This document shows, in pieces, positions 11,061 to 24,599 of a stretch of 64,000 nt of DNA. The notes under the pieces were generated by a model, which was not told where the DNA came from, ran no database searches, and was given only the letters and a program-made list of their open reading frames with translations. The stretch is from Epiperipatus broadwayi. Its lineage: Eukaryota; Animalia; Onychophora. A program made the position numbers and the translations under genes. Positions within the stretch are counted from its first letter, which is position 1. Each line of letters opens with the position of its first letter. The stretch covers positions 12,400,001 to 12,464,000 of the forward strand of contig JAQFVV010000004.1 of NCBI GenBank assembly GCA_028023455.1. Reading direction: 5' to 3'.

Positions 11061-11909
11061 ATATAGTTGCTGAGAGATTCCTGACTCTGTTTAAAAGAGA
11101 AGTCACAGTGCATCACATCACATCACACTTCCAAATGACATCATCAAATAAAGTCGTAGTGTCTTGTAATAAAAAATTTTGTTAAGTGTCTCTCACTTAT
11201 TCGTCAATTTTTGTGATGACTGAAAAGTTGAAATAGCATCTGTTTTCTAAAAAAATGGCAGGGAAAACAGTTGGAATGCTTGAAACAGTTTACAAGCAAG
11301 GTGGTCTAGGTAAAACACAAGTTTATAAGTGAATTAATGGAGGATTTCAAATTCACCATGTCCCAAAATGTACGTCGAGTGAAATCCAATGTCAAGTCAA
11401 CGCTGATACTTTTTTTATGTAAATGGCATTATTCATTCAGAATTTCTTTGCAACATTCAGATATTTTATCTATGAGTTCTGCGATGTTTGAATGATGCAG
11501 CAAAATAAAAATACCCCAATTTGTGGCAAAGTAGGGAGCAGTGGCTTTACCATGACTACATGCCAGTACACAAAACTTTGAATGTGAAACAAATTTTAAT
11601 CAAAAGTCACCTGACCCAGCTTATACAACTGCTATATTCATCCAGTCTGCTGAGTTCATGTAATTTATTTTTATTCCCCAAAATGACAAAATGCCTCAAA
11701 AGGAAATGTTGACTTGGAAATGGTAAAGAAAAAATTGACGGAGACATTAAAAAATGTCACTATGCAAGGGTTTCAGGAAAACGTGTTTAAACTGGTGCAT
11801 TGCATCAAATGGATAGTATTTTGAAGGAAATTCAATTTGTAACACCTAAAAATAAATACACAATTTTTTTATTATAAAAATTACAGGTATTTTCAGCTAA
11901 CCCCTCATA
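11061..11909 (+). mobile_element. Internally deleted mariner (Tc1/mariner) transposon
   Basis: Decayed KTQVYKW, SNVKS.L..F...GIIHSEF, HD.MP.H and L...CNLFLFPKM (degenerate YSPDL.P.DF.LFP); imperfect TIRs ending in acccctcata. Confidence 0.8.
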
Positions 11910-12699
11910 TTTTAGCTTTATTTGGTTCACTACTTGATTGTTCTGTTAAGCATTATGTGCATACATTTTTTTTATGACTCACATTTTTTCAATTTTTCTT
12001 TCTCTCACTTTATTCATCGTCATAATACTAATTAAAAATTCTTTCTTACTCTCTTACTTCTTTTAAAAACTACATTTTTTTAAGTTTCATTAAATTAACT
12101 CCAATTTTTATTTATTTAAATTTATTTATTTTATCAGCAACTATCCTACCAGCATTTATAAAATTTAATATCTTTTTTTAACATAGAATGTCGCCATTTT
12201 CTCTACAGTTAATAAACTGTGATTGAATCTTTATCAGTTGTAGGATTTTAAAATACATTTACAATATTATTTCTATTTTTTAGAAAGATAAAAGTATAAT
12301 GTAATATTCTTATTTTTGGAGTTTTCTATTTATAAATTCTTGGGCAGGTGATTTTATAACAACTTATCAACATTTTATTTCTTACATTCAACTTAACATC
12401 TCAAACAGTTTTGTTCATATTTTCCTCATTTCATCAATCACTATCATTATACAGCCATTTAAATGTCATTTTTTTCTGTTAAGTTTTCCACTTTATTATC
12501 TGAATGATTAGGTTGACTTAATGAGATCTTGTAAAAATGTCAATAGAACACAATGTAATAATGATATACTAGTTTTATTTTCTGTTCATTACTTCTTTAT
12601 GTTTATTTGTGTGTAAGAAATTTGCACTTTTATTACAAAAAAAATAATGTTTCTGATTTTCTCTACATCCTCACATTTATAAATATACTTGATTTTTAT

Positions 12700-12813
12700 G
12701 TCAAGCGTTGTTAGCCGAGAGGTCATCGCATCCGCCTTGCAAGCAAGTAGTTGGTTGCAGACGGTTGTGGGTTCGCGTCCCGTCCGATGCTATGATATAT
12801 GAGGAAAAAAAAA
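12700..12813 (+). mobile_element. Short tRNA-derived SINE (family C, copy 2)
   Basis: gtcaagc...TAGCCGAGAGG...GGGTTCGCGTCCC...gatgctatga plus A-tail. Confidence 0.8.
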
Positions 12814-15800
12814 CTACAGTTTTTATCAAAATCCATTTCTTTATAAGAATATAAAAATAAATAAATATACAAGTGACATTTGTTCTTCATTATGATTTAT
12901 TATTTCCAAAAAAATATGTAATGAATAAGACTAAACTCGGCAAAGAAATAATATCAATAACATTAAATCGGAATATAAAACAAAAAATATAATCCATATA
13001 TTTAAACAATGCACAAATATATTTATTTAAAAACAAAAGCAAAAATATAGGTTAAAAAAGCAAAAGAGTTTAAATTTTACGAGAATATTAATATCATTTG
13101 ATGTGAGAATCACAATAATACATCAATTAATTAACGTTATTATTTTCTCTTTCATATACAATTTTTTAAAAAAAATGTTTTCCTTTTTCTATCAGCATTT
13201 GTCACCAATTTTATTTTTTAACGATTTAAAAAAATACACAAACTACTCAGATGACATTAAATTGAGGACAATTTTATAATTCCAGTTTTCTATTAATAAA
13301 AAAATTCTTAAACATATTTTATAATGACAAGTAAGCGCATTTATATATACTGCATACTACTCTATATATTTATAGAAAACACTTTCAATAATAGAAATTA
13401 ATACAGGGTCTACATATGTCTCAGATCTCACTTCTGCTGGCTGAATTTATTACAATGAATTATTTAAGGATGATGATGATTAGACATGTAGAGAGAGTAA
13501 TAATTTTATCTATTTTATTTAAACACATTAAGCAACTATTATCTATGCAATTGGATGTGAATGGAAATTTTATCAAAATTCGGTCATATTATTATTATAA
13601 ATGTTTAAATTTACAGCTAGCTCTTAAATGAATCTTTATTTATTATTTAAATATTAATTAATAATTCTCAAAATAATAGTTTATTTAAGAAGAAATATGT
13701 TTGAGAATAGCACATTATTACAATATACTAAAACATAGTACTTACATTATCTTCATATGTCTTCATTGTATCTATGTGTGATGTGTGCACTATTTTCTAA
13801 CGTGGCTGAGAGTGCTAGAACTACTAAATATATTATTACTAGAGATTTTTGATCATCATCATTAAAGTAAGCAATTGAAACATTATTATCTTGACAAATT
13901 TAATCAAAGAAATATACAAAGAAAAGAAATATTCGGGATTTTCAATTCAGAGCATATATATATAAACAATTAAACATCAATGCAGGCTGGATACCTATTT
14001 TTAATTTATACAAAATGTTTTGTATTTTATATCATTTACCTAAAATACCTTGATTTAAAAAAAAAAAGAATATAATATATCTTCTCAATATTTACTGTAT
14101 AAAATATTATATAATGAATATGGCCAATATGCACATTCTAAAAATTTTGATAATTTATTACTATACACTGCATATATATATATGTTTAATGATATAAATG
14201 TAAAGGCTAATATATGATCATGTCATAGTGCATTTTAACAACTGATTATAAATTGAGATGCACAGTAGCCATTTCTCCCTGTTCATACATGGAATTTTAA
14301 AAATTATCTTGGCTATTATTAAAAGAATATGATCTAATAAACATAAATATTTGATAAATCTACTTAAAGATCAAAATATATCATTTCGAAGTATGAGAAT
14401 ACAGTATATATTCAGTTAAATATATATATATATCTCAAAATGATATTACAGCTCTGTTGGTCATACACAATAAAATATACTTGAAGATATGCTTCTTCCT
14501 CAGGAAAAATACTAAACACAAAAAATATTCAGTGGACCTATCCCATAAAGCAAACATTATTACATCAAAATATAAATTTCTTACAAGAGAACCAGTGGAT
14601 ATGAAGTATTTTTAAATGCATGAATCATTTTTAAATAAGACAGACAAAAATAAAAATTCATGGAAATTCACTATGACTTTAATTTATATACAGACACACA
14701 TTTAAAAAGCTTTTTTTTTAAAGTTTATCACTGTATCATAATTGCAATAAAAAATACTGCTATTTATAATTACAAAGTACTTCATTTGAAGATCTATGGA
14801 GACGAGTGCTGTTGAACTTTCAACTTTTCTTCATTCTCCTAAAGCTATCTGTAGCATAATTTTGCTGATATTGCATTATTAGTTCAAAAACAATTTCATA
14901 TCTAAAGTCAGAGTATAAAAAAAATCTATATCATGCTTATTAGGGCACTGATTTTTAGAAAATAGTTGCTAAGATAATTCTGTCCTCAATTCTTTTGTTG
15001 CTAATAGACATAAAAAACTGCCCTTTTCATAGTTTATTTAAATATTTGTGATTATTTTTACGCAATATTTGTATTAAAATTATTTAAAAATATAAGTATA
15101 TATTATTACAATTTGTTTTTATTCAAATACGTCTTATTTTGAAAAATATAAATTTAATTCATTTGCAACAGTAAACCAATAATTAATGTAGTAAGACTGT
15201 TAATGTCTTTTTTAACATGGTAATTTGCAACATTTTTTTAAAAAATTATCAATGAAATTTTAAATTTTAGAACAGAATTTGATAGCTTTATAAAGGCTTT
15301 ACATTTATTCTTTAATGTTTTAAAAAGAAAGTTAAATCAACAATGATTTTGATAATTTTCTTTTTCTCTCCACTGAAATGGCATTTCTTTTACCCTGTTC
15401 AATTAAAAAAAGTTCATTGTTCTCATTATGTATTATCTTTATTATTTTTATATATATATTGACAATGTTTAAGTATGATTTTTAAGGATGTTTTTCATTT
15501 GTAATCTTATATTTTTAACAAATCAAATCCAATTTATTAAATTCTAATATAGAATAAAGACTTAGCATTAAAATAAAATATTGAATTATTATAAAAATTG
15601 CCACAATGAAGAAAAATGGAAATATTTTCACTAGATGAAGAATTAACTATTCAAATAAAATATAAATTATCAATATTAAAAGGCATTAAAGCAGAGTATA
15701 ATTAATTTACCCATTTTCATTTTGTGGAAATACTTCTTTATTCTTTCTGCACATTTTATTAAAACATAAGTGAGAACAAAATTCTTAATGTCAGCAAAAA

Positions 15801-17381
15801 TAAAACAACAAACAACAAAAAATGTCTATTCATATAAAAACTGAGTATATAGTTCTCCACACAGATTTTAATGTAGATAATTGACATATCAAGGTTTAAA
15901 TTTCTTTTCTTTACAAATGTTAAAATCCATAAATTATTATATGGGAATTTTCCATAGAGATTTGGTAAACATTTTAATGCTGAAAAATTAAATTAATATA
16001 GGATCATTATGGCATCAAATTATTTCTATAATTTACATAATTTAATTATTTTCTTTGTGGTAATTAAGTAAACAAATAGAATAAAGCAATTAATAAGTAT
16101 AACTAAATACTAAATAAATGTTTAAATCATTCACATCTAGTATTATATACATATATATAAAACCATTAGAAACCAGTTAACCCTTAGACCATCCCAACAT
16201 AGATAACAATCAACAATTTCAAACCGTTGTCAAGGCAATCTATCTATATATCAACAGCAAGTTTTCAATAATTAACAAAATAAAGTCTCCAAAAACTTGA
16301 TCTGAATAAAGCCACTTTGAAAAGGTATTTTAAACCAAATATATATATATTCTATCTTAATAGCACTAAGTTAACTTTCACAATTTCTTACCAGAATCAT
16401 AGTGCAAAAATAATTAACTAGCAATGCAGGAGCAGGCTGAATATATAGTTTATAAAATATGCAAATTATTAAAGATGTTTCTTTTTTTTTTTGACAAAGG
16501 GACACAAGATTCCTTCCTGTAGATTAAATTTGAGTCTCTTGTAACAACCCATGCCTCCTTGAGCTAACCCTCTCTGTAGATAGGAATGCATTTTCCAATA
16601 ACTCATTAAATTATTAATTAATATACATTTACAAAAACAACAACTATAAGCTGTTGGTCAGTTAAATGAATAAAATGTTGCAAATTTTTAGTAACTATGC
16701 AGAAAGTTATTGTAAAACTCTTGGAAAAATTTATTGAACCTAAAAAGAAAGTCATTATTCACTGATTAGTTTATTGCTTGCTTTCATTATTAACTTTAAT
16801 TTTAACTGTAGTAAATGTTAAATGTTCTTGACAATGGTGATTTAAAAACACTGAAATATTTCAGGTTTAACTTTAATTAAGTAGAAATATTAATGAATAA
16901 AATATAAAATATAAAAAAAAAAATCCATTTTCCATAAGAAAAATTCTTTAGAAATAAGTTTCCCCTCTAATTCCATTAGTTTTGTAATAAGTTTACATGA
17001 AATAAAAACATAAGAAAATAATGCTGAAATAGAAAACTCACTGGGTGAACTCTTATCATTGTATGTCAAGCAAACACTTCTTGACAGTGACTACTAATCT
17101 GTCACATGGTAAGAATATGACCAGTTATAGAAAACCCAATTTCTTTTATAATATTTATTAGGAGTCATGTGAAATTGGGTTAACACATGATAAAACAGAG
17201 ATAAAACCCAAGAATTTTAATGCTATGTTATGATCCAATTACTTATTTAAAAATCTCATTTTAAAACGAAAATAATTTTAGCATTTTTATTTAAAATTAT
17301 TTTCATATAAATATATAGTTTAAAAGAAACATTGATCAAAGATTAGTAAGATGAAATAAACTTTCTATCATAAACTTTTAA

Positions 17382-17960
17382 TATATAGGATGTATGAGCA
17401 CAGACCTTCACACAACCCACCACTCTCCACTCTATCTCATAACACTGTGAAACACATATATGTTGAAAAGATAAATAACCACCAATATACATATTTTATA
17501 CTAAACCAGCAATCATCTGTTGGTCCAGATTACCATCTCCATACATATATGCTATAAGTGCTCAGACATATATTAAGATAGTCAAACCTCATACTTTAAT
17601 GGACAGGCTTCAATATACCCCACACTCCAACTCTTCAACTGTCCATCCAATTGAAAATCTGATGATGGAATGCTCAAAGGCCTGTCCATTAAAGTATGAA
17701 GATTGACTATCTTAATATATATCTGAGCACTTATAGCATATATGTGTGGAGATGGTATTCTGGACCAACTGATGATTGTTGTTTTAGCATGAAATACGTA
17801 TATTGGTGATTATTTATCTTTTCAACATATATGTGTTCAAGTGTATCAGTGTTATGAGATAGAGTGGAGAGTGGTGGGTCACGTGAAGGTTTGTGCTCAT
17901 ATATCCTATATATTATATATATAGACACAGGTATATAATAAGCCTGTGTTTCAGTTATTA
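17382..17960. mobile_element. Family A (subfamily A1) HHR repeat inserted as a fold-back palindrome
   Basis: Arms about 17382-17622 and 17680-17912 are reverse complements; 13-bp TSD cataaacttttaa (17369-17381 and 17961-17973). Confidence 0.9.
17755..17813 (+). ncRNA. Minimal type I hammerhead ribozyme, canonical core (family A)
   Basis: ACCAA-CTGATGA-T-TGTTG ttt TAGCA-T-GAAA-TACGTAT-A-TTGGT; stem I ACCAA/TTGGT, palindromic stem III ATACGTAT, GUA-type site (UA after palindrome), distal stem I helix. Confidence 0.85.
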
Positions 17961-20469
17961 CATAAACTTTTAAATTATTGAAATGAATACTTTTTAAAGT
18001 TTCAACCGTTTTTAAGCAAACTATTGCTAAAAATGGAATTTAAATTTATAATGACTATGTCCAATGTATCTTGATAAAACCTATTAAAAATTATTTTGTA
18101 TTTAAAATTGTTAAACTAAAATTAATACACACAATGTTAATCTGTATTTTATAGTTATGTGTGTTTGTATCCATATAAAGTGTGCAGGAAAGTGAATATT
18201 TGATGTTTTATATTTTAGTACTGTATAATAATTCATATACAAGAAATTCACTAAATTTACTTTGCAAGTTTGATATTTTCTTTTAGTTAGTAATTTGATT
18301 TAAATATTTTCTTATAGAACATAGCAATAAAAAGACGAGTTTAAATACCCATTTTCTTAAAGTAAAATTTTTGCTCTCTTTCTTAATTACCACATTACAC
18401 TAACTGACAGTTACAATATCATGTAAATAATAGTAAATTAATAATACTAACAATACAATTAAATATTTTAAAAGTATTTAGAATTGCATTACTCATCCTT
18501 TTTGCCAGCAGTTTTAAAAAAATCTCTTACCAAAAACAATCAACGTCATATGATTTCTAAGTCCTAAATTTTAATATTGGTTCTCTTTCTATTAATCAGA
18601 GATTTGGGTTATTTATTGACAATTTCATTTTTTTCCTTTATATGATTTCAGTTTTCATTAAAAAAATCATAATAATATTCAAATCAAAATCAGATGTAAA
18701 TTTACACATTATTCACGTTCTAAAAAGTAATTAATGTATTAATTTTACTTATGGGACATACAACAAAAAAATCATCCAAATAATATATTAATTTCAATAA
18801 CAAAGTAATGCAATATGGGTAAGCACACAAATAGTTTGATTCTTTATAATTAATTCAAAATATTTATTCTTCTTGTGAAAGAAAAACTATAAGATGTTGA
18901 AATATTGGCCTATAGATCTTACTATAGTTGCAACAAATTTTTAACTTTGCTTTTTCTAACAAGAGAATAACATTTAACTATTTGTGATTTTACAGATGTT
19001 GAATGTTATAAAAGATATAGTGATATTTTTGTTGTAATCATGAAAACAGTATAAACTACCTTATGCAGACATTAAATAAATAATTTAAGAAGGACAATTG
19101 AAAATGTATAAAATAAATGTATTAATTAATTAGATTTACAATTATCAGTTCTGATAATTTGTTAAACTAAAAATTATTTTTCTTAAAATTGAAAGCATAT
19201 TGTGATTGAATAGCCTGCTCCATCTCAATATATTACTCAATACCACAAAATACAGTAAATTTCATGAACCTGTAATACACCTGGAAAGAAATCAGGCTAA
19301 TTCAAGAGAAGAGCATAGCCGGAAATACAGAGAAAATGATTTAAATAACACTCTCAATATTACCTAACAAGCTAGTATGTCTCCAATCCACATTCATTTA
19401 TTAATCAAATGTTATTAGAATGGAATAGTCTTGTAACCATTAGTAAATCCAAATAAATATTTTATTTGTTATTAAAAAAAATATTTTTCTTTATAATAGT
19501 GGACATTGTAATTATGAAAGTCATAAACTAAAAAATATTGTGAATTTTATACATAAGAACTTATAAATGTTGATTATGATTAAAAAAACTAATTCTTATA
19601 TTTCAGCTCAATAAAGAAAAAATAAGAATTTAATGAAAAGTATCAGAGATGCTAAACTTTTAAATTTATTATGTTCTTTCTAGATTCCATCAATAAACTG
19701 ATTAAAAATTCAAGAATATTGCACTTAAAAAAATCAAAAAATAATACAATTTATTAAATTTTATGTTATATATATTGGCAAAATTAACATGCTATATTTG
19801 AAAAACAGGTAAACAAATAATGTACAAAAAATACAAAATGTAATGACTTTGCAACAGTTTCAGTTTTCTAGAACATAAAATATATATATATCTTTAATTT
19901 TGATTTGAATAATACTATAGTTCTTCATGAGAAAAGAAATTATATTAAGAGAAATATTTAAGAAGTAATGAGTAAAGAAGATGTCAAAAGTATCTGATTA
20001 GTAGATAGAATGCAAACAATAAAATTCGTGAATCTTGATACTTTAATACATTTAAACGTAACTGATATCTAGGTTAACTGCACAAATTTTTGACATATAA
20101 TTACATAAACAGTAAATTCATTTTTAATTTATGGAAGTGATTTTTTAAATATATTTTTTATAAAAATACTTTATTAGTAAAGATTGATATTTACTGAAGT
20201 TTGAGGAAGCTCTGGTAGAGATATTAAAAGGCTTATTTTATTAAGTCCTTCATGGAAGTAGCTATCAATTTCCCTTTACTTAAAAATAAATTGGTGTTGC
20301 TAAAATTTGATAATAAAATAAAATTAATTTTCATTTCTATTTTGTAAAATTAGATTTATATCTAAGGAGATTTTTATCAGCATTACATTCAACAATTACC
20401 GAGATCAATGCCATGTTTCTTTAGCAAGAGGAATATAATTATATAGAAAATTTAGTATCTGTATATTAT

Positions 20470-20531
20470 GCCAATAAACATCACATGACCACCTGCTGTG
20501 TGGCAATATATATAGTGAGTTTTGCCTGTTT
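20470..20531. mobile_element. Family B minimal inverted insertion
   Basis: taaacatcacatgaccacc (antisense tail) plus gagttttgcctgttt (sense); 14-bp TSD tatctgt(a/g)tattat (20456-20469 and 20532-20545). Confidence 0.65.
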
Positions 20532-21557
20532 TATCTGTGTATTATCTTTTCAACAAGCTCAGCAGCCAGTTTTTATAATTATACAGTTTCAGGGCATACA
20601 ATAAATCTTTCAAAAGCTTTGTATTTAATATTTACAATTTTATTTATTATTATTACTACTACTACTATTACTATTAGTATTATTATTATTATTATTTAAA
20701 ATAAAAAAAAATTCTCCAAAAATTAATTATATTTCCACTTTATTCATTATATTTTGTATTAAGCTATTAATATAAAAATAATAAATATCTAAAAAATGTA
20801 AAGTATCATCTCACGTCCATTAATGCAGACTTCTGCTTATCAATATATATATATATATAAATGTAAAGTGTCCTATCATGCCCATTAACACATATTTTTC
20901 TAGAGGTCAAAATTCCATACCTTTGGAAAAAAATTCACTGCTTGCAAAATGGTAATGACAAAAAGATGTTGACTTTAAACAAAGTACAAAAATGTCTCAA
21001 ACATTTTGGCTTTTAGATAATATAATATAAATAAATAATTAGAATAAATCTTTTAACTGGAATTTAGAATCAATTTATCTATTTTTTTTTTTTAAATTTA
21101 ACAACTAATACATACTCAGTAAAATAAAATTAAAAAAAAACAACAATAAACAAATACTTGCATGGCCCCTGAAACTGTATAATTATTTTTAAAAAAAAAA
21201 ACAGCTCTCTAGCTTGGTTGACAGAACAGTACATAAATACTAAGAATTTTATAAGAGATAAACAATAATAGCTTTAAAAAAAATTATTTTTAATTTGCCA
21301 TTTCAGGTTTTATTATAACATAAGAGAATTTAAGTTAAAAAATGTATCTTTCCTTTTATATATTGTGACAGATGTTATTATTCACAGAATGAAAGTAATT
21401 TAAATTTAGCTTTATTAAATGAATAGTTCATTATTATATTAGAAATATAAAATAAAATAAAATTATCTGAAACAGAAAGTCAAATTTTAAAGCAAATTTA
21501 AAACTTTTAACAGTATGTTTTCAATCAATATAAAATATACACAATTTACTTAAATTG

Positions 21558-22082
21558 AAAAAAAGCTTGTTTAGAGCTCAGTAGCATGCTTGTAATTTTA
21601 TATATTGGTAAATGCAAGCTATATATAAGTCATGTGACATCTGACTTTTTATTATTACTATTATTATTTTGCTGTTGGGGCTTTGGCTAAATTAAATGGC
21701 TAAGCCTATTAATATATGGAGTATCTGAATTAAGTTCAGGTCCATATATTTTTTTTAATTGGAGAGCTGACTTTAAAGACATGCAGATGTCTAAAAGTTT
21801 CAGATCTTCTTATTGACAATTACCTTTTAGATAAATGCTTAGCTTGAGTTGGTTTTTTGAATCTAGTGTCCTAATTCCTCACTGAAGAGACCCATAGGTC
21901 GAAACCGGTCTGGGATGGGAAAAATCTAAGATAAAGATGATTTGAATGCCTTCTCTTGTAGTAGCATTTATCATAATAAAAAAAGCTTGTTTAGAGCTCA
22001 TTAGCATGCTCTTAATTTTACATATTGGTAAATGCAAGCTATATAAAATCATGTGACATCTGACTTTTTATTATTACTATTA
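21558..22082 (+). repeat. About 105-bp direct repeats with 420-nt period enclosing a hammerhead-bearing segment (family E)
   Basis: aaaaaaagcttgtttagagctca...ctgactttttattattactatta at 21558-21663 and 21978-22082. Confidence 0.85.
21868..21920 (+). ncRNA. Minimal type I hammerhead ribozyme, canonical and apparently intact
   Basis: TCCTCA-CTGAAGA-GACC cata GGTC-GAAA-CCGG-TC-TGGGA; G10.1:C11.1, palindrome ACCGGT, GUC site, distal helix TCCTA/TGGGA. Confidence 0.9.
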
Positions 22083-22722
22083 AATTGATAAAAGAAAATA
22101 GTTCTTTATCTTGAGATATAATATCATAGGCATTAACAGAACAAGTACAAAAAAACCTGTTAAAAAACCAAACTAACATTAAAAATACTTTTATTTTAAA
22201 TTTCATTCAAATATTTGAGAATAATTAATTTATAGAGATCTTTTACAAATACAGACTCAAAGAATCATATTCCCAAAAAATATTATTTAAACCATCAGTA
22301 GGTTTATCTCCTTTTATCTTTCTATATGTTTATATGTATATATTTTAACTGTCTGATCAAATGTCATGCTTTTCCCCCTACACTTTTTATAAACAGACTA
22401 TATTTTAACAAAATATAAATCCATATTTATGTGTAAATAAAACGACACAATAAATTTTAACCAAATACTTTTTAAAAATTAAAGATGTAGTGTTTTAATA
22501 AAATGGAATGCAAAGGCACACATACACATAATCTACTGTAATGAAAATAGTTAATATTAATTTAATTAATTGCAATTAGTTAAAAAGGAACTACTCTAAT
22601 ACTAAATATTTAATGTTTTAACTGTGTGCTTTTTTACATTTGTATTGGACTGAAATGCAATTCTTTCTTTTTAAATAAATATCATTACTTGGTCATTTTA
22701 TTATTAAAGTAAAACAAATAAC

Positions 22723-22928
22723 TAATCTGGACCAACTGGTGATTGCTGGTTTAGCATGAAATACATTTATGGGTGATTTTTTATCTTTTTGACATATATG
22801 TGTTCAAGTGTATTAGTGTTATGAGACAGAGTGGAGAGTGGTGGGTCGTGTGAAAGTCTGTGCTCATATACCCTAAATATTACATATATAGACACAGGTA
22901 TATAATAAGCCTGTGTTTCAGTTATTAA
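22723..22928 (+). mobile_element. Family A1, 5'-truncated copy with mutated HHR (CTGGTGA)
   Basis: Aligns to 17755-17960 including the terminal hairpin and cagttatta end. Confidence 0.85.
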
Positions 22929-23399
22929 AGACATATATATATATTTCAGCTTCATCTTTTTAAGTACAAAGTGAATGGATGCATAGCTAGGTCAGCAAGA
23001 CTTCCCTATCTGTATATATACCAAAATAGTCATTTCATGATCCATCTAAGTTTAAAGTAAGATAATATTAAAGAACTCACTCTAGACTGGTTAGTATTAA
23101 GATTCACACACATGTGTGTGCATGTGTAAATATTGACTGTTTACTGAGATTCTCCATCTATTTTTTATATTAGTACACAATCAAAATGTCACAAAGCAAA
23201 CAACCAATTAAAAACTGGATAGGTAAACCGAATTTCTAATTTAAAATAACACATGGAAAATCTTGTTAAGCATTCAATAATTATACTTACAAAGTTCATA
23301 ATATTTTCTATAATTTATACACAAAAGAAATTTAAAGGGAGATAAGAAGAGAAAGTATATTTAATAGAGTTCATATCTTTAAATAATTTTCCTAACTTT

Positions 23400-24200
23400 A
23401 AATTCACAATAGTTTTTTTCTAAATAAAATTTATCTTGAAAAAGTATTTGTCTGTATTGTACAAAACTGCAGCAGTATCAAAACAAGTTGTATCATATTT
23501 TTGTAATTGAAATCCATCTAAATCTATTGATTAAAAGTAAAAGATTTGTGAGCATTCAAAAACTTGATATTTTAAACTTATATTTTTTTAAATATATCAT
23601 ATATTATAACACAACAAATATACAATCACTTTTTTCTTTAAAATATATATGTTCTCCAATATCATCAACAAATTAAAAAATCCTCCTTTTTCTTTTCAAA
23701 AACTTTATTTTTTTATATTAATACTGAATATATATATAATACAATCTCCATACAACAACAAGAAATACATATTTATAAACCTTAATTACAAAACTTTCAT
23801 CTTATATTAACATAAACAATAACAAACATATTAATTATACATAATTATGTTTTACTTACATCTCCCTCCTCTACTTATATTATTGCACTTCCTTTTACAT
23901 TATATAATTACAAATCTTAAAATCATCCAAGAAACTTTTTATACAAATTTAAAATCGACCCTAATTTCAAATTACTTCCCCCTTTTTTAAAATCTTATCC
24001 AAAAAAACCCATCTCAAAACCACATTCCTAAACTATATCTTTAAATGTATATAACACAAATATAAACATCTTTTTTTTAAAAAAACTTTCACAACTTACT
24101 TAAACCTATTTAAATATTCCATTTTTAATTATATATTATTTTACATTCCTTATCCACTCCATTAATTCTATTTAAAATAGGATTATATTTTTTAAAATTT
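23400..24200 (-). mobile_element. Highly decayed PLE 3' region
   Basis: Strong strand skew; reverse complement tataatgtaaaaggaagtgcaataatataagtagagg resembles the GIY-YIG region at 62230-62280. Confidence 0.35.
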
Positions 24201-24599
24201 TTAAATGTGAAATTTAAGCAGTTGCGGTTGGACTGTATCCGTATAGTTTATAATTTGAATTGTCATTGACTGCAGAATATTAAATCAAAAACAAAGTTGC
24301 ATAAATAAAAGTCACATTGAAATTATTTGGTTACAGCAAAAATAATATATATATACATTGAATGTAAAATAACAAAATATTGACTTTGAAAAAACAGAGA
24401 ACAAAGAAATTAACTTCAAGAATAATGATGAGATTTATCATAAAAACTCATTATGAAGAATTATAAAGAATAAAAACCAAAAGATATGCTTAAACTCATA
24501 AAAAATTATTGTAATAAACTCATAACACCTTATGAATAGGAAGTCCATAAGTAAAAGAAATTAAAAAATATTGAAAATATGGTAACTACGGTATTAACA

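Noticed and set aside
13416-13631. Short ORF, representative of most 60-110 aa ORFs in the supplied track
   Set aside because: No recognisable domain or splice support. Most listed ORFs are alternative frames of family A/B repeats, PLEs or NUMTs, or chance ORFs in AT-rich DNA.
16178-17183. TTAACCC...GGGTTAA possible piggyBac-type MITE
   Set aside because: Only 3 bp of terminal complementarity beyond TTAA.
17655-17685. CTGATGA on the antisense strand of family A (also at 36456 and 58889), suggesting viroid-like ribozymes in both polarities
   Set aside because: It is followed by TGGAAYGCTC with no stem II-GAAA. The upstream GAAA is only 2 nt away, leaving no room for stems I and III in any permutation.
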